A DNA stretch of 64,000 nucleotides from the IMG/VR virus record IMGVR_UViG_3300030330_001767. One strand, written 5' to 3'. The notes beneath the pieces are model-generated. The model was given only the letters and a program-made list of their open reading frames with translations. It ran no database searches and was not told where the DNA came from. The position numbers and the translations under genes were made by a program. This document shows, one piece after another, positions 58,501 to 64,000 of this stretch (its first letter is position 1; each line of letters starts with the position of its first letter). Origin of the DNA: an uncultured virus (IMG/VR IMGVR_UViG_3300030330_001767) (taxonomy: Duplodnaviria > Heunggongvirae > Uroviricota > Caudoviricetes).

Positions 58501-59471
58501 TATTATCATATAATCATGCAGGTGGAAATTTCACTTGGGTTGCTCCGGTATCGGCGGGAATATCATTAGATGCCTTATCTGTTGGCTCAGAGGCAAGTGC
58601 TTCGGGTGATGGAGGAATAGCATACGATGATACAACTGGTGTATTTACCTACACTCCTCCACTTAACATAACAGGAAATGCTGCAACTATAACTGTCACC
58701 GCTAACAACTCTACTGATGAAACAGTCTATCTATTGTTTGCTGATGGTGCATTTGGGTCAAAAGGAGCAGAAACAGATGCACAGTTGTATTACAATCCTA
58801 GCAACAATACTTTGAATGCTAATGTATTAAACTCTACAAATGTAATCTCTACTACTGCGAGTGCTTCTACTTCGTTAACTACACCACTTGTTACTAACAG
58901 TAATGCAGTATCTATCACAACTACTGCAAACAATGGCAATATTGCATTAAGTCCACATGGAACAGGACAGATTAGAGAAAAAGGTCTAAAGACAAAGACT
59001 GGAACATATGTCGAAACAAGACATCCCGATACTGGAACACCTGCTGCAAATAACGCAACATATGCACAAACGCATGGTATAACTAAAGTTCAAGGAAGCC
59101 AAAGTCAATTCGGTATAATTGCTGATGGTGGAACTGTTACGGTTTCTGGTGTATTACCGACTGGTGCAGTTGCAAGTGGTAGTTGTGGATACAGAGCAAT
59201 AAGAGGAACTATTCACATAGACGCAGGGTTAACAAGCAACAACTTTGTAATGACTCAAGACTTTATCGCAAACGCAAGAAGCGGTAATGGAGGATTTACA
59301 TTTACATCATACGGTATGGTGTTTGATGGACAAACAGACCCACCATTCAAGATAGCATGGGATGAAGTTCAGACCAATGATATGCCGTTGAAGATAATCA
59401 ATAACATGGGAACTTCTACAACAAACACACTAAGAGTGTGGTGGGATTTGACTTTGTTCCCCCAAGTCTGA
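49503..59471 (+). CDS. Giant long tail fibre/adhesin (about 3320 aa; probable ATT start at 49503)
   Basis: T/S/G/A-rich; AVTTAKI repeats; LVDSAPTALDTLNELAAALG fibre motif. The frame is open back to a GGAGGTGA RBS. Confidence 0.85.
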   Translation: MSARTNPDFISTLDSSGTLGRIRDDVDSLHSGLINSLNIATGGSRIVEGFDITLSDGGDYTKYTLGGTNKFLREGILLEVEDTTTTGDGNGDTPSGGESSSATPAVFQTRTSTTNGNWYALLVVCDGSQSNETINTLKLREDRQNDKISALKSGDIPVAIIQIAANSAADATNRKVQFLGFGQPNQGLSIIDNNTETIRINKDGTITKGSGTLTLPSTTGTLALLSDIEYTSAIPNATASQTGLATSTQITKLDGIAANANNYSLPAATANALGGVKVGTNLSIDGSGVLSATDTNTQLTTEQVQDIVGDMLVTNASHTNISASYDDNNDGAIDLSLSATDVDVSVSNLISRLSQVNSPVSIGTGVGVTMGGNLTVSGNLVVSGSTTTLDVANLAIEDNTILLNKNQTGNSTTDAGIEVERGNYTNVQIKWNETTNRWTFTNDGNNYFNIPITSELANPYTHPTYSTTNIDTTGAEIVDSITTNSTGHITAMAKRTLTLADLGYTGDTNANEYVHPNHSGDVTSSADGATTISANAVTTAKISDSAVTGTKIADNAITDVKVDSNAAIAQSKISGLVSSLAGKEPALTISDGLDRTNATLKLDITGLTNENAIDRTADFIAFHDNSVGLRKVNLANVFSKLTASDIPDLSASYRAVGTQIVNADVSNTAAISADKIAAGTTNKLFTSTLEAKLAGIATGAEVNVQADWSESSNSSDAYIQNKPTIPSGNQIIDWTANGAGTIHASNYTNTTYSVGDGGLTQKNFTTALHDKLVGIAANANNFSLTNGSVTNAHLAGSIANSKLDDIAQSKVTGLVTALNSKVENLGDLSITASASELNILDGVTNVSATEIGYLDGVTSSIQTQLNAKLSSLAVTGLSDISTFDTSIDSGASNSGLASTLAIKNYVDGKATVDTTYSLTTADGTDTNGDDDPTFKTINLADNTSGSGSVVHLAVGAGLGISRNAANNTLTLTNTGSSLTKATLTPILASYNGTDTLNIGDTDNDTTVNIRGNLNVLGTTTTVNQTEVNVQNAFVFEGASANDYETTLTITDPTADRTITLPNISGTLITSGDTSTVTNNMIASTAITSAKLASNSVLTSKIASNAVSTAKIANGAVTSDKLAGSSVTTAKLDDGSVTVDKVDGVTSFGSGSIISSAERTKLTGIETSADVTDATNVAAAGAVMDSDFSSNGLMKRTGAGSYTVDTSTYLTSLAVTGLSDINAFDTDLSSVSASHDSLASAKAIKAYVDANGGGGGGSFNSFYLLDGTGTSVNVTDGKYVQFTQGTGITATWTDTNSGASSDPFDITLTNTGVTSNVAGTGIGVSSATGAVTITNTDLGSSQNIFKTVAVSGQSNIVADSNSDTLNFVGGTNVTIATDASTDTITINASDTNTQISQEQVEDYIAGLLTAGSNITLNYSDNNASAGTLTIAGTANDDVSVTNLKSALNSDFGGDFTIGNQSDDTLTISGSLTVGADLIVSGDTVTVNTSTLTVEDPLISLGKNNSADSVDLGFYGRYNDGSNIRYSGLFRDASDNDKWKLFSSTGNSNAEPTSTVNTTSGFSLGTLVASTFEGGLVGNATTATTLATARTIAGVSFDGSADIALPLNNLTGTLAVSRGGTGLTSIASLLNSNVSLAVADLSDIASLDTDITSVSSNDDTLASAKAIKTYVDAQFAGAGSGDMTGVDITAGDGISVTQNNVSSGNYTATISASGITTAQLANTALQTSSESFNDNDTSLMTSAAIEDKILSYGYGTGSGNGDITSVVAGTGLSGGATSGDATLNLDFSELTDMTGDIAGTTEFILQDGTTESRKAASEIKLSYFNNDANWNNYVHPTGAGYNHIPSGGSAGQFLKYSSNGTATWATPSYTTEEQVEDFIAAMITAGSNIALNYDDTAGTLTIDATDTNTFRTVRLTDGNILGGTEVLSFTAGSNISLSESGGEITIATTANNYSISSDLLDEDNMASNSATKVASQQSIKAYVDSQVSGLVDSAPTALDTLNELAAALGDDASFSTTMTTALGNRLRVDTNSQGLTSTQQGYALDNLGITASLAEINILASGLSASDIPNLNASKINDGVFDAARIPTLNQNTTGSAGSLSATLAIASGGTGATSASGARTALGLGAAAVKAVATDGSSGVADGEAGLVTGNAVYDYIAAQGFGTSSGDITGVDITGGTGISVSQNNTESGDYTATVSSATGVNTGKYGSSSNPITFAVTVSSKSTSHPYYGDGSSLGYYLDGVEAPALSLNGVDAVTSSSGYYYRFDQSDSSNSGHPLRFYLDANKTTAYTTNVTTNGSAGSSGAYTQIAVTEDTPSILYYQCTAHGYMGGHVVILGSNNVNHNKALISFPTSTGTLALSGASVNYSQLTGTVPTWNQNTSGSAGSLSSTLAVSSGGTGQTSYTNGQLLIGNTTGNTLSKATLTAGNNITITNGAGSISIAGTANDDVSVANLKSALNSDFGGDIVFGTQTDDLVTIGGGLTVTGDLIVSGTTTTINTATVEVEDNILQLNTTQGSPDTATAATSGISVYRGNGVTQASFIFDDADDTWDLTNALTVAGSNGITLDSGSIKIKNSGTQSYIDFYCEVSNAHYLRLQAPAHSSFSGNPTVTLPATAGTLALTSSNITGNADTATNLAGTANANVVYAGPTTGSASAPAFRALVAADIPDLSGTYSTTDTVDMGDGFTVTATTAGTNSTITEGDTLTIAAGTGISTTATSDGTITIANTLTSNATHTGDVTGATALTIANDAVTYAKMQNVSATNRVLGRITSGAGNVEELTGANIRTIINVEDGADVTDTANVKTALGAAMPDNALTIGDGSTAVSIPGNLTVTGTVTTNNVETVSTSNGIVFEGSTADDSETTLVGGNPSGSSNDITITLPNTAGTLALSGASVNYNQLTGTVPTWNQNTTGTAAGLSSTLAISSGGTGATSAPMIGVITAANAGAARSELGLGTLATLSSVAAGQIDANSVDSSELKNGAVQESHLDVTNAAGSGTDNYLLSYNHAGGNFTWVAPVSAGISLDALSVGSEASASGDGGIAYDDTTGVFTYTPPLNITGNAATITVTANNSTDETVYLLFADGAFGSKGAETDAQLYYNPSNNTLNANVLNSTNVISTTASASTSLTTPLVTNSNAVSITTTANNGNIALSPHGTGQIREKGLKTKTGTYVETRHPDTGTPAANNATYAQTHGITKVQGSQSQFGIIADGGTVTVSGVLPTGAVASGSCGYRAIRGTIHIDAGLTSNNFVMTQDFIANARSGNGGFTFTSYGMVFDGQTDPPFKIAWDEVQTNDMPLKIINNMGTSTTNTLRVWWDLTLFPQV

Positions 59472-59532
59472 TAAACTAACATGATATGCGAGGTATAGAA
59501 CATAATGGACAGTGAAGTTATGGTGATTGTAA

Positions 59533-61314
59533 ATGGTAACAGATGCTAATTTTGTAGTGAAGAAAGGACTTAACGTTCAAGATGGAGATATCTCCATAAA
59601 AGGAAGTAACAAAGAACTCAGATTTTATGAGGGTTCTAACTATGTAGGGTTTGAAGCCCCTGCTCTTTCTGCCAATAAGATATGGGTTTTACCTGCCTCC
59701 GATGGTTCAACTGGTCAACTGTTGAAGACTGATGGTAGTGGTAATCTTGGTTGGGTTGATGGAGGTGCTTCTGTAATTGGTGGGTTAACCGATGTAACAA
59801 TGGATATTACTAATTATACAGATGGTATTCTAATCCAAACAAATAGTGATGGTTCAGCACCAACCACAGGAACGCTAAATGCAGCAGATGGTAACGTAGG
59901 AATAGGAAAAAGCGTTTTGAGTGCAATAACTAGTGCTGATGCTAACGTGGTTATTGGAAAAAATGCAGGGCCAGCCATTACAACAGGTGGATTCAATGTT
60001 TTATTGGGTGAAAACGCAGGTTCTCAAATCAGTACAGGTCATTCTAATATCGCATTAGGTAGAGGAGCAAACAGATTCGGTAATGGAACAGATAACATAT
60101 CACTTGGTACTTTCTCAATGATGAACGCTGATTTAACTGGTATTCAGAATATTTGCATAGGTTATAATGCCGGAAACAATATCACCACTGGTGATTATAA
60201 CGTAGTTCTTGGGAACGCAGATGTTGCTAGTGCTACGGGAAATCACCAATTATCTATATCTTCTAATGATGCTACTTCTCCTGTAACTTGGATAACAGGC
60301 GACTCATCCGGCGTGGTAAATATTCCGGGTTCTTTGACTGTTGCAGGTTCAGCAGTTGGTGGTATAGCAAGTCTAGCCGCAGATACTACACCACAGTTAG
60401 GTGGAGATTTAGATGTTAATGGTAATGAACTTGTATCAACTTCAAACGCTGATATTAGTATTACACCAAATGGAACAGGGAAAGTAATCATCGGTTCAAT
60501 TACATCACAACACGATAGTTTAGGTAAATTAACTGTCAAAGGAACTGATGCTTCTTTCCTCTTGGAAAAGCACGATGATGGTGCAAGCGGTGGGCCTACT
60601 CTTTCACTTTACAGATACTCTGCATCCGTTGCTGATAGTGATTTAATTGGTCAAGTAAACTTTAGAGGGGAAGGTTCTACTGGTAATCCATCAACGTATA
60701 TATCTTTGAGAACAGAGATAGAGGATACAACAGAAGGGTCAAAGGATGGTAAGTTAATTGTTAGAGGATTGAAGGCAAACAGTCAAACTGATTTTATGTC
60801 AGTTGGTTCGACTGGTGTAGAGTTTGAAGGTGGTGCGAAAGTAGGAGATGTTACTGACGTAACCATAGGCTCAGGTACGAGTGGAACAACAACAGGTTTC
60901 AGACTCGGTGCTAATCAAGAAGCAGGTATGGTTGCGGGAGAAGTTAGTAGTCAATCCACCGCTAATGATGGATATATCGAATTGATGAATATGGATTTAG
61001 ATTCGTTAACTGGTTCAAGTGGTTTACAGACAATAGAACTAACAGTTCAGATAGAGGATGAAACTAATGAAGAGGTAGAATCCTTCAAAGCATTAGTTCA
61101 AGCATCAGAAAAAACAGTATTGGGAACTACTGCAAGAGCAGTTAATTTTACTGAATGGGCTATATTGTTTGATGGTGCTGCAAGAATAGGAACACTAGTA
61201 GCAGATTATGATTCAAGTGATGATACTATTAGAATAAGATATCAAAACAAACAAGGTTCAACTGCAACCTTAACTGCAACCTTCTACGCAATTACAATGC
61301 AGAATAACACATGA
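59533..61314 (+). CDS. Tail fibre/spike with YadA-head-like NxxIG repeats
   Basis: NVGIG, NVVIG, NVLLG, NIALG, NISLG, NICIG repeats; DTTPQLGGDLDVNG. Confidence 0.8.
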   Translation: MVTDANFVVKKGLNVQDGDISIKGSNKELRFYEGSNYVGFEAPALSANKIWVLPASDGSTGQLLKTDGSGNLGWVDGGASVIGGLTDVTMDITNYTDGILIQTNSDGSAPTTGTLNAADGNVGIGKSVLSAITSADANVVIGKNAGPAITTGGFNVLLGENAGSQISTGHSNIALGRGANRFGNGTDNISLGTFSMMNADLTGIQNICIGYNAGNNITTGDYNVVLGNADVASATGNHQLSISSNDATSPVTWITGDSSGVVNIPGSLTVAGSAVGGIASLAADTTPQLGGDLDVNGNELVSTSNADISITPNGTGKVIIGSITSQHDSLGKLTVKGTDASFLLEKHDDGASGGPTLSLYRYSASVADSDLIGQVNFRGEGSTGNPSTYISLRTEIEDTTEGSKDGKLIVRGLKANSQTDFMSVGSTGVEFEGGAKVGDVTDVTIGSGTSGTTTGFRLGANQEAGMVAGEVSSQSTANDGYIELMNMDLDSLTGSSGLQTIELTVQIEDETNEEVESFKALVQASEKTVLGTTARAVNFTEWAILFDGAARIGTLVADYDSSDDTIRIRYQNKQGSTATLTATFYAITMQNNT

Positions 61315-61323
61315 GGTGATTAA

Positions 61324-62016
61324 ATGGCAAGACAACCTTTCAGACGAACAAAAAGTGATGGAACAATTGATGACGGAACAGGTGGAGGAGGTGGAACACC
61401 CGGATATAAGACAGTAGATTTGGATGCAACCCATAATAACTCATTTCACAAATCCTACGGTGCTTTTGGTGTAGATGGACAATCAACAGGTTATACTATG
61501 AATTTTTTTGGTGGTAATAATTCATGGTCAGGATATCCCTTTGTTATGCCTAAAGATGGAACATTAGATTCTATTGTTGTTCAAGTTTCAACGGCTGCAT
61601 CAGACTCAGGAGATGAGATAGCCGTAGCAATCTACCCAAGTGATGCTAATGGTAATCCCGAAGGTCAAGATGCTATTGTTCTAAAGACAGACGTAGATGT
61701 GACGACTACTGGATATAAGACAATAGATGCCGTAGCAAACGCCACTGTTACCGGAGGAGATATTTACTGGTGGGCTTGTTGTCCAAAGTTAGGTACTTAT
61801 CCGGGAACTTTGAAGATGAAAACTTCAATAGGAGGAATACCTAATTTATCAGGTAAAATAACAGGAGGTAGCACTACCACAACTCCTTTTTCCGGTGTTT
61901 CAAGATGGGGAACATTCAGTGGCGACCCACCCTCAACATTCGCATCAAATGGACTACAATACAAAGTGGGTTCTCCAACTGGTAGATACGTATTGTTTAA
62001 TTTGACTTACACATGA
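61324..62016 (+). CDS. Putative receptor-binding/fibre tip protein
   Basis: GAGGTGAT RBS; beta-sandwich-like; precedes the fibre chaperone. Confidence 0.6.
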   Translation: MARQPFRRTKSDGTIDDGTGGGGGTPGYKTVDLDATHNNSFHKSYGAFGVDGQSTGYTMNFFGGNNSWSGYPFVMPKDGTLDSIVVQVSTAASDSGDEIAVAIYPSDANGNPEGQDAIVLKTDVDVTTTGYKTIDAVANATVTGGDIYWWACCPKLGTYPGTLKMKTSIGGIPNLSGKITGGSTTTTPFSGVSRWGTFSGDPPSTFASNGLQYKVGSPTGRYVLFNLTYT

Positions 62017-62017
62017 G

Positions 62018-62314
62018 GTGATGAACATGGTAGAGATAAGAAATGAAAGATACAAAACAGACGGAACAGTAGAAGTAGAAATTTTAGAGATAACTATAAC
62101 ATGGGAAGAAATATTTGTTGAAAGAGAAATGATGATGAAGAACACTGATTCATTTGTTCTTCCCGATAGAGGACTTACAGACTCTCAATTATCAGATATC
62201 CAAACTTACAGACAGGCATGGAGAGATATCACTGATTATGATACTGCTGATGAGGCATATGAAAACCTACCAGTTCTACCTGATTGGGTGTTAGAGAATG
62301 GGTTAGTAGGCTAA
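62018..62314 (+). CDS. Tail fibre assembly chaperone
   Basis: W..I..ER..M...D...YRQAWRDIT...P..P motif. Confidence 0.75.
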   Translation: MMNMVEIRNERYKTDGTVEVEILEITITWEEIFVEREMMMKNTDSFVLPDRGLTDSQLSDIQTYRQAWRDITDYDTADEAYENLPVLPDWVLENGLVG

Positions 62315-62765
62315 TCACCAGTCATCTAAGTCTTCAAACATCTCAGTCAAACACCTAATGAACATTGCACAGGTAGAAAATGGTCTATCGTCTATGTTTA
62401 CCCCCCCTTATTAGTCTATATTTCATGTTGTAAAATGAACTCACAGACGAAATTTTCCCCAAGCCCGAAGACTCTTGAATAGGGCAACTAATATCCGTAT
62501 CCCTCCAATTGTGCATCCCAATAATCCCAATTCCAATCGGGATTTTTCTTTTTGAGATTGTCTAATTTATTATTACCCCTGCTACTTTTAACACCCAATA
62601 CCAAGACCCCGTAAGTTCTACGCTAATACCGTCATCTTCCATCCCGCACCAACTGGTGCAAAAAAAACACCGAAGGTTAATTTACTTTTTGCACTGAATA
62701 GTCAGTTGTTGCTATTAATCACATAATAGGGAGTATGCGAATCTTGAGGGGTCGAAATTTTTGCA

Positions 62766-62814
62766 TAAAAAAAAGTTGGCCCTATGGCCGGATTCAATTA
62801 TCCGACCATAAGGC
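62766..62814 (-). terminator. Hairpin plus U-tract terminator of the minus-strand operon
   Basis: Minus strand: GCCTTATGGTCGGAT-aattga-ATCCGGCCATAGGGC followed by a run of about 8 T. Confidence 0.6.
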
Positions 62815-62931
62815 TTTACATTCCCTACATTGCCATATCTTGATTTGCTCAAGACTACCAACATAAGTTCCTTTGATGCGTTTTGCAATAGTTGGTTGAT
62901 TGCAGAATCTACAAGTTTCTCTGAGAGCCAT
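62794..62931 (-). CDS. 45-aa Zn-ribbon protein (CRFC...WQCREC)
   Basis: Hand-translated MALRETCRFCNQP...WQCRECKALWSDN. Confidence 0.7.
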   Translation of the reverse strand: MALRETCRFCNQPTIAKRIKGTYVGSLEQIKIWQCRECKALWSDN

Positions 62932-63076
62932 CTCTCTGCCTCTCTTCTTCAATCAACTTCTCCATATACTCTTCAATACTTTCTTCGGAATATTTACTGT
63001 TTCCAAATGCAGCAAAGAAAAGAAGAGAAATTACCAACACAAATACAAACCATGCTAACCATTCAAACGGGGTCAT
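62909..63076 (-). CDS. 55-aa single-TM membrane protein
   Basis: Hand-translated MTPFEWLAWFVFVLVISLLFFAAFG...; TAATG coupling, GAGGTGG RBS. Confidence 0.7.
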   Translation of the reverse strand: MTPFEWLAWFVFVLVISLLFFAAFGNSKYSEESIEEYMEKLIEEERQRDGSQRNL

Positions 63077-63672
63077 TACCATTCCACCTCCAATGTCTTT
63101 ACGATTTCTTCGTCAAGGGAGAATCCTTTAACCATTTTGTTAGAAACCCCATGTTTCCATAGGTCATAGACCAATTCGCAGTCTTTTAGACAATATTCTG
63201 CTACTTCTGAATATCTACCTGCTTTCCAAACTATTGGAGCATCAGCACTATCCATTATCTTATCACTACCCAATGTATGTTGAACTAAATTAGAAAGAGA
63301 ATATCTCTCACCGTACTCCTTAGAAAGTATTGCACTGGTATCAATGTATGACTCATTATCCAAATACTTCTTGATACAATAGATATCCATAGCATTCTTC
63401 AAAACAGGTAGGTCAAAGTTACGAATATTGTGACCCAAAAGAACTCCTCCTTTTTGGAAGTGTTCATCTAAATCAAACTTCAAATCAGATAATGGTTTAA
63501 TCTGAACATTGCTTTTGGCTAATTCATCTACCGCTTTATCAATGTATATTGTTCCCTTGTCGCCATCCCATGTGCAAACAGTTGATACAAGAAACATATG
63601 GGTATTGTCCCATCCTCCAATCTCATAGGAGAAGTTCTTTGTTTCTAAGTCAATTGCTAAAACAGACATCAT
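63076..63672 (-). CDS. DEDD(y) 3'-5' exonuclease (DnaQ/RNase H-like)
   Basis: ExoI AIDLET, ExoII GHNIRNFDLP, ExoIII YCLKD. Confidence 0.85.
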   Translation of the reverse strand: MMSVLAIDLETKNFSYEIGGWDNTHMFLVSTVCTWDGDKGTIYIDKAVDELAKSNVQIKPLSDLKFDLDEHFQKGGVLLGHNIRNFDLPVLKNAMDIYCIKKYLDNESYIDTSAILSKEYGERYSLSNLVQHTLGSDKIMDSADAPIVWKAGRYSEVAEYCLKDCELVYDLWKHGVSNKMVKGFSLDEEIVKTLEVEW

Positions 63673-63917
63673 TCATCATCCTTGTTTGATGCAGTCCATA
63701 TAGATGCAATTTTATCTGCTTCTGATTGTTTAGGGTCAGGGGCATCCTTTCGGTTTTCTTTTGTTAAGAATCCTACTAATTGTGTTTCTCCGACATTCAA
63801 CATTGCCGCCAATCTCCAACCTTCTGCTCCAAATGCGTTCAGTTGTTCGATTATTACTTTTGGGCCTTCTCTTACATCAAATACTAAGTATTGATTTTCT
63901 ACCGTTATTTTACTCAT
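63669..63917 (-). CDS. Small protein, DUF4177-like
   Basis: EQLNAFGAEGWRL motif. Confidence 0.6.
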   Translation of the reverse strand: MSKITVENQYLVFDVREGPKVIIEQLNAFGAEGWRLAAMLNVGETQLVGFLTKENRKDAPDPKQSEADKIASIWTASNKDDE

Positions 63918-64000
63918 TGGTTTTCACTCCTTTTTAGTTTAACATATCCGTATCTTCCAACCCTCTTCTCATCAAAATGTTCTGATACTTCCTTGTAATT
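63914..64000 (-). CDS. C-terminal fragment of an ORF continuing beyond the window
   Basis: Open frame ...NYKEVSEHFDEKRVGRYGYVKLKRSENQ*, ATGA-coupled to the next gene. Confidence 0.55.
   Translation of the reverse strand, partial: NYKEVSEHFDEKRVGRYGYVKLKRSENQ

Larger units (their letters stand above)
1..64000. mobile_element. Tailed archaeal virus genome segment (Caudoviricetes, probably a Poseidoniales/MGII 'magrovirus'-like siphovirus)
   Basis: TerL, portal, HK97-type prohead protease, MCP, tail tube, chaperones, tape measure and fibres in canonical order. Archaeal-type RBS (GAGGTGA) and TATA-like boxes. No host housekeeping genes. Host assignment is inference. Confidence 0.85.

Noticed and set aside
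6605..62145. Many 60-150 aa minus-strand ORFs in the track
   Set aside because: They are antisense shadows of long plus-strand genes, with no RBS and compositions that mirror the plus-strand codons.
59533..62314. Diversity-generating retroelement acting on fibre tips
   Set aside because: I saw no reverse transcriptase and no adenine-specific template/variable repeat pair.
62400..62760. tRNA, ncRNA or additional genes in the convergence gap
   Set aside because: No cloverleaf or T-loop seen; only ORFs of about 25 codons and a 5-bp hairpin, too weak to call.
62830..63162. 110-aa plus-strand ORF
   Set aside because: It is antisense to a better-supported coupled minus-strand chain (exonuclease, TM protein, Zn ribbon).

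Overview
This window is most of the genome of a large, AT-rich tailed dsDNA virus (HK97-type head; siphovirus-like tail with no sheath gene seen). Archaeal-style Shine-Dalgarno sites (GGAGGTGA/GAGGTGAT), TATA-like boxes about 25 nt upstream of leaderless ATGs, low GC and the gene order suggest an archaeal head-tail virus. It most resembles my recollection of viruses of Marine Group II Poseidoniales ('magroviruses'); this is inference, not a database result. Layout: (1) 1-650, a non-coding repeat-rich region, candidate origin or terminus. (2) 659-5675, small putative early genes divided into units by about 9 copies of a ~65-bp palindrome centred on ACCATATGGT. (3) 5.75-29 kb, the head module (TerS candidate, TerL, portal, prohead protease/scaffold, MCP), interleaved with GNAT, LAGLIDADG, PAP2, DNA ligase and many orphans. 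About 16 of these proteins share a short W-x-x-[ILVT]-[LIV]-[KR] tag, a variant of which ends the scaffold. (4) 29.8-32.5 kb, a membrane-protein plus Ras-superfamily (Arf/Rab-like) small GTPase cluster. (5) 34.6-62.3 kb, neck, tail tube, frameshifted chaperones, tape measure and giant tail-tip/fibre genes. (6) Above 62.3 kb, the converging end of a minus-strand gene block with a DEDD exonuclease. The three most interesting candidates are the palindrome-delimited gene array, the shared putative capsid-targeting tag, and the viral small-GTPase/membrane module. All calls come from reading motifs by eye; no searches were run.
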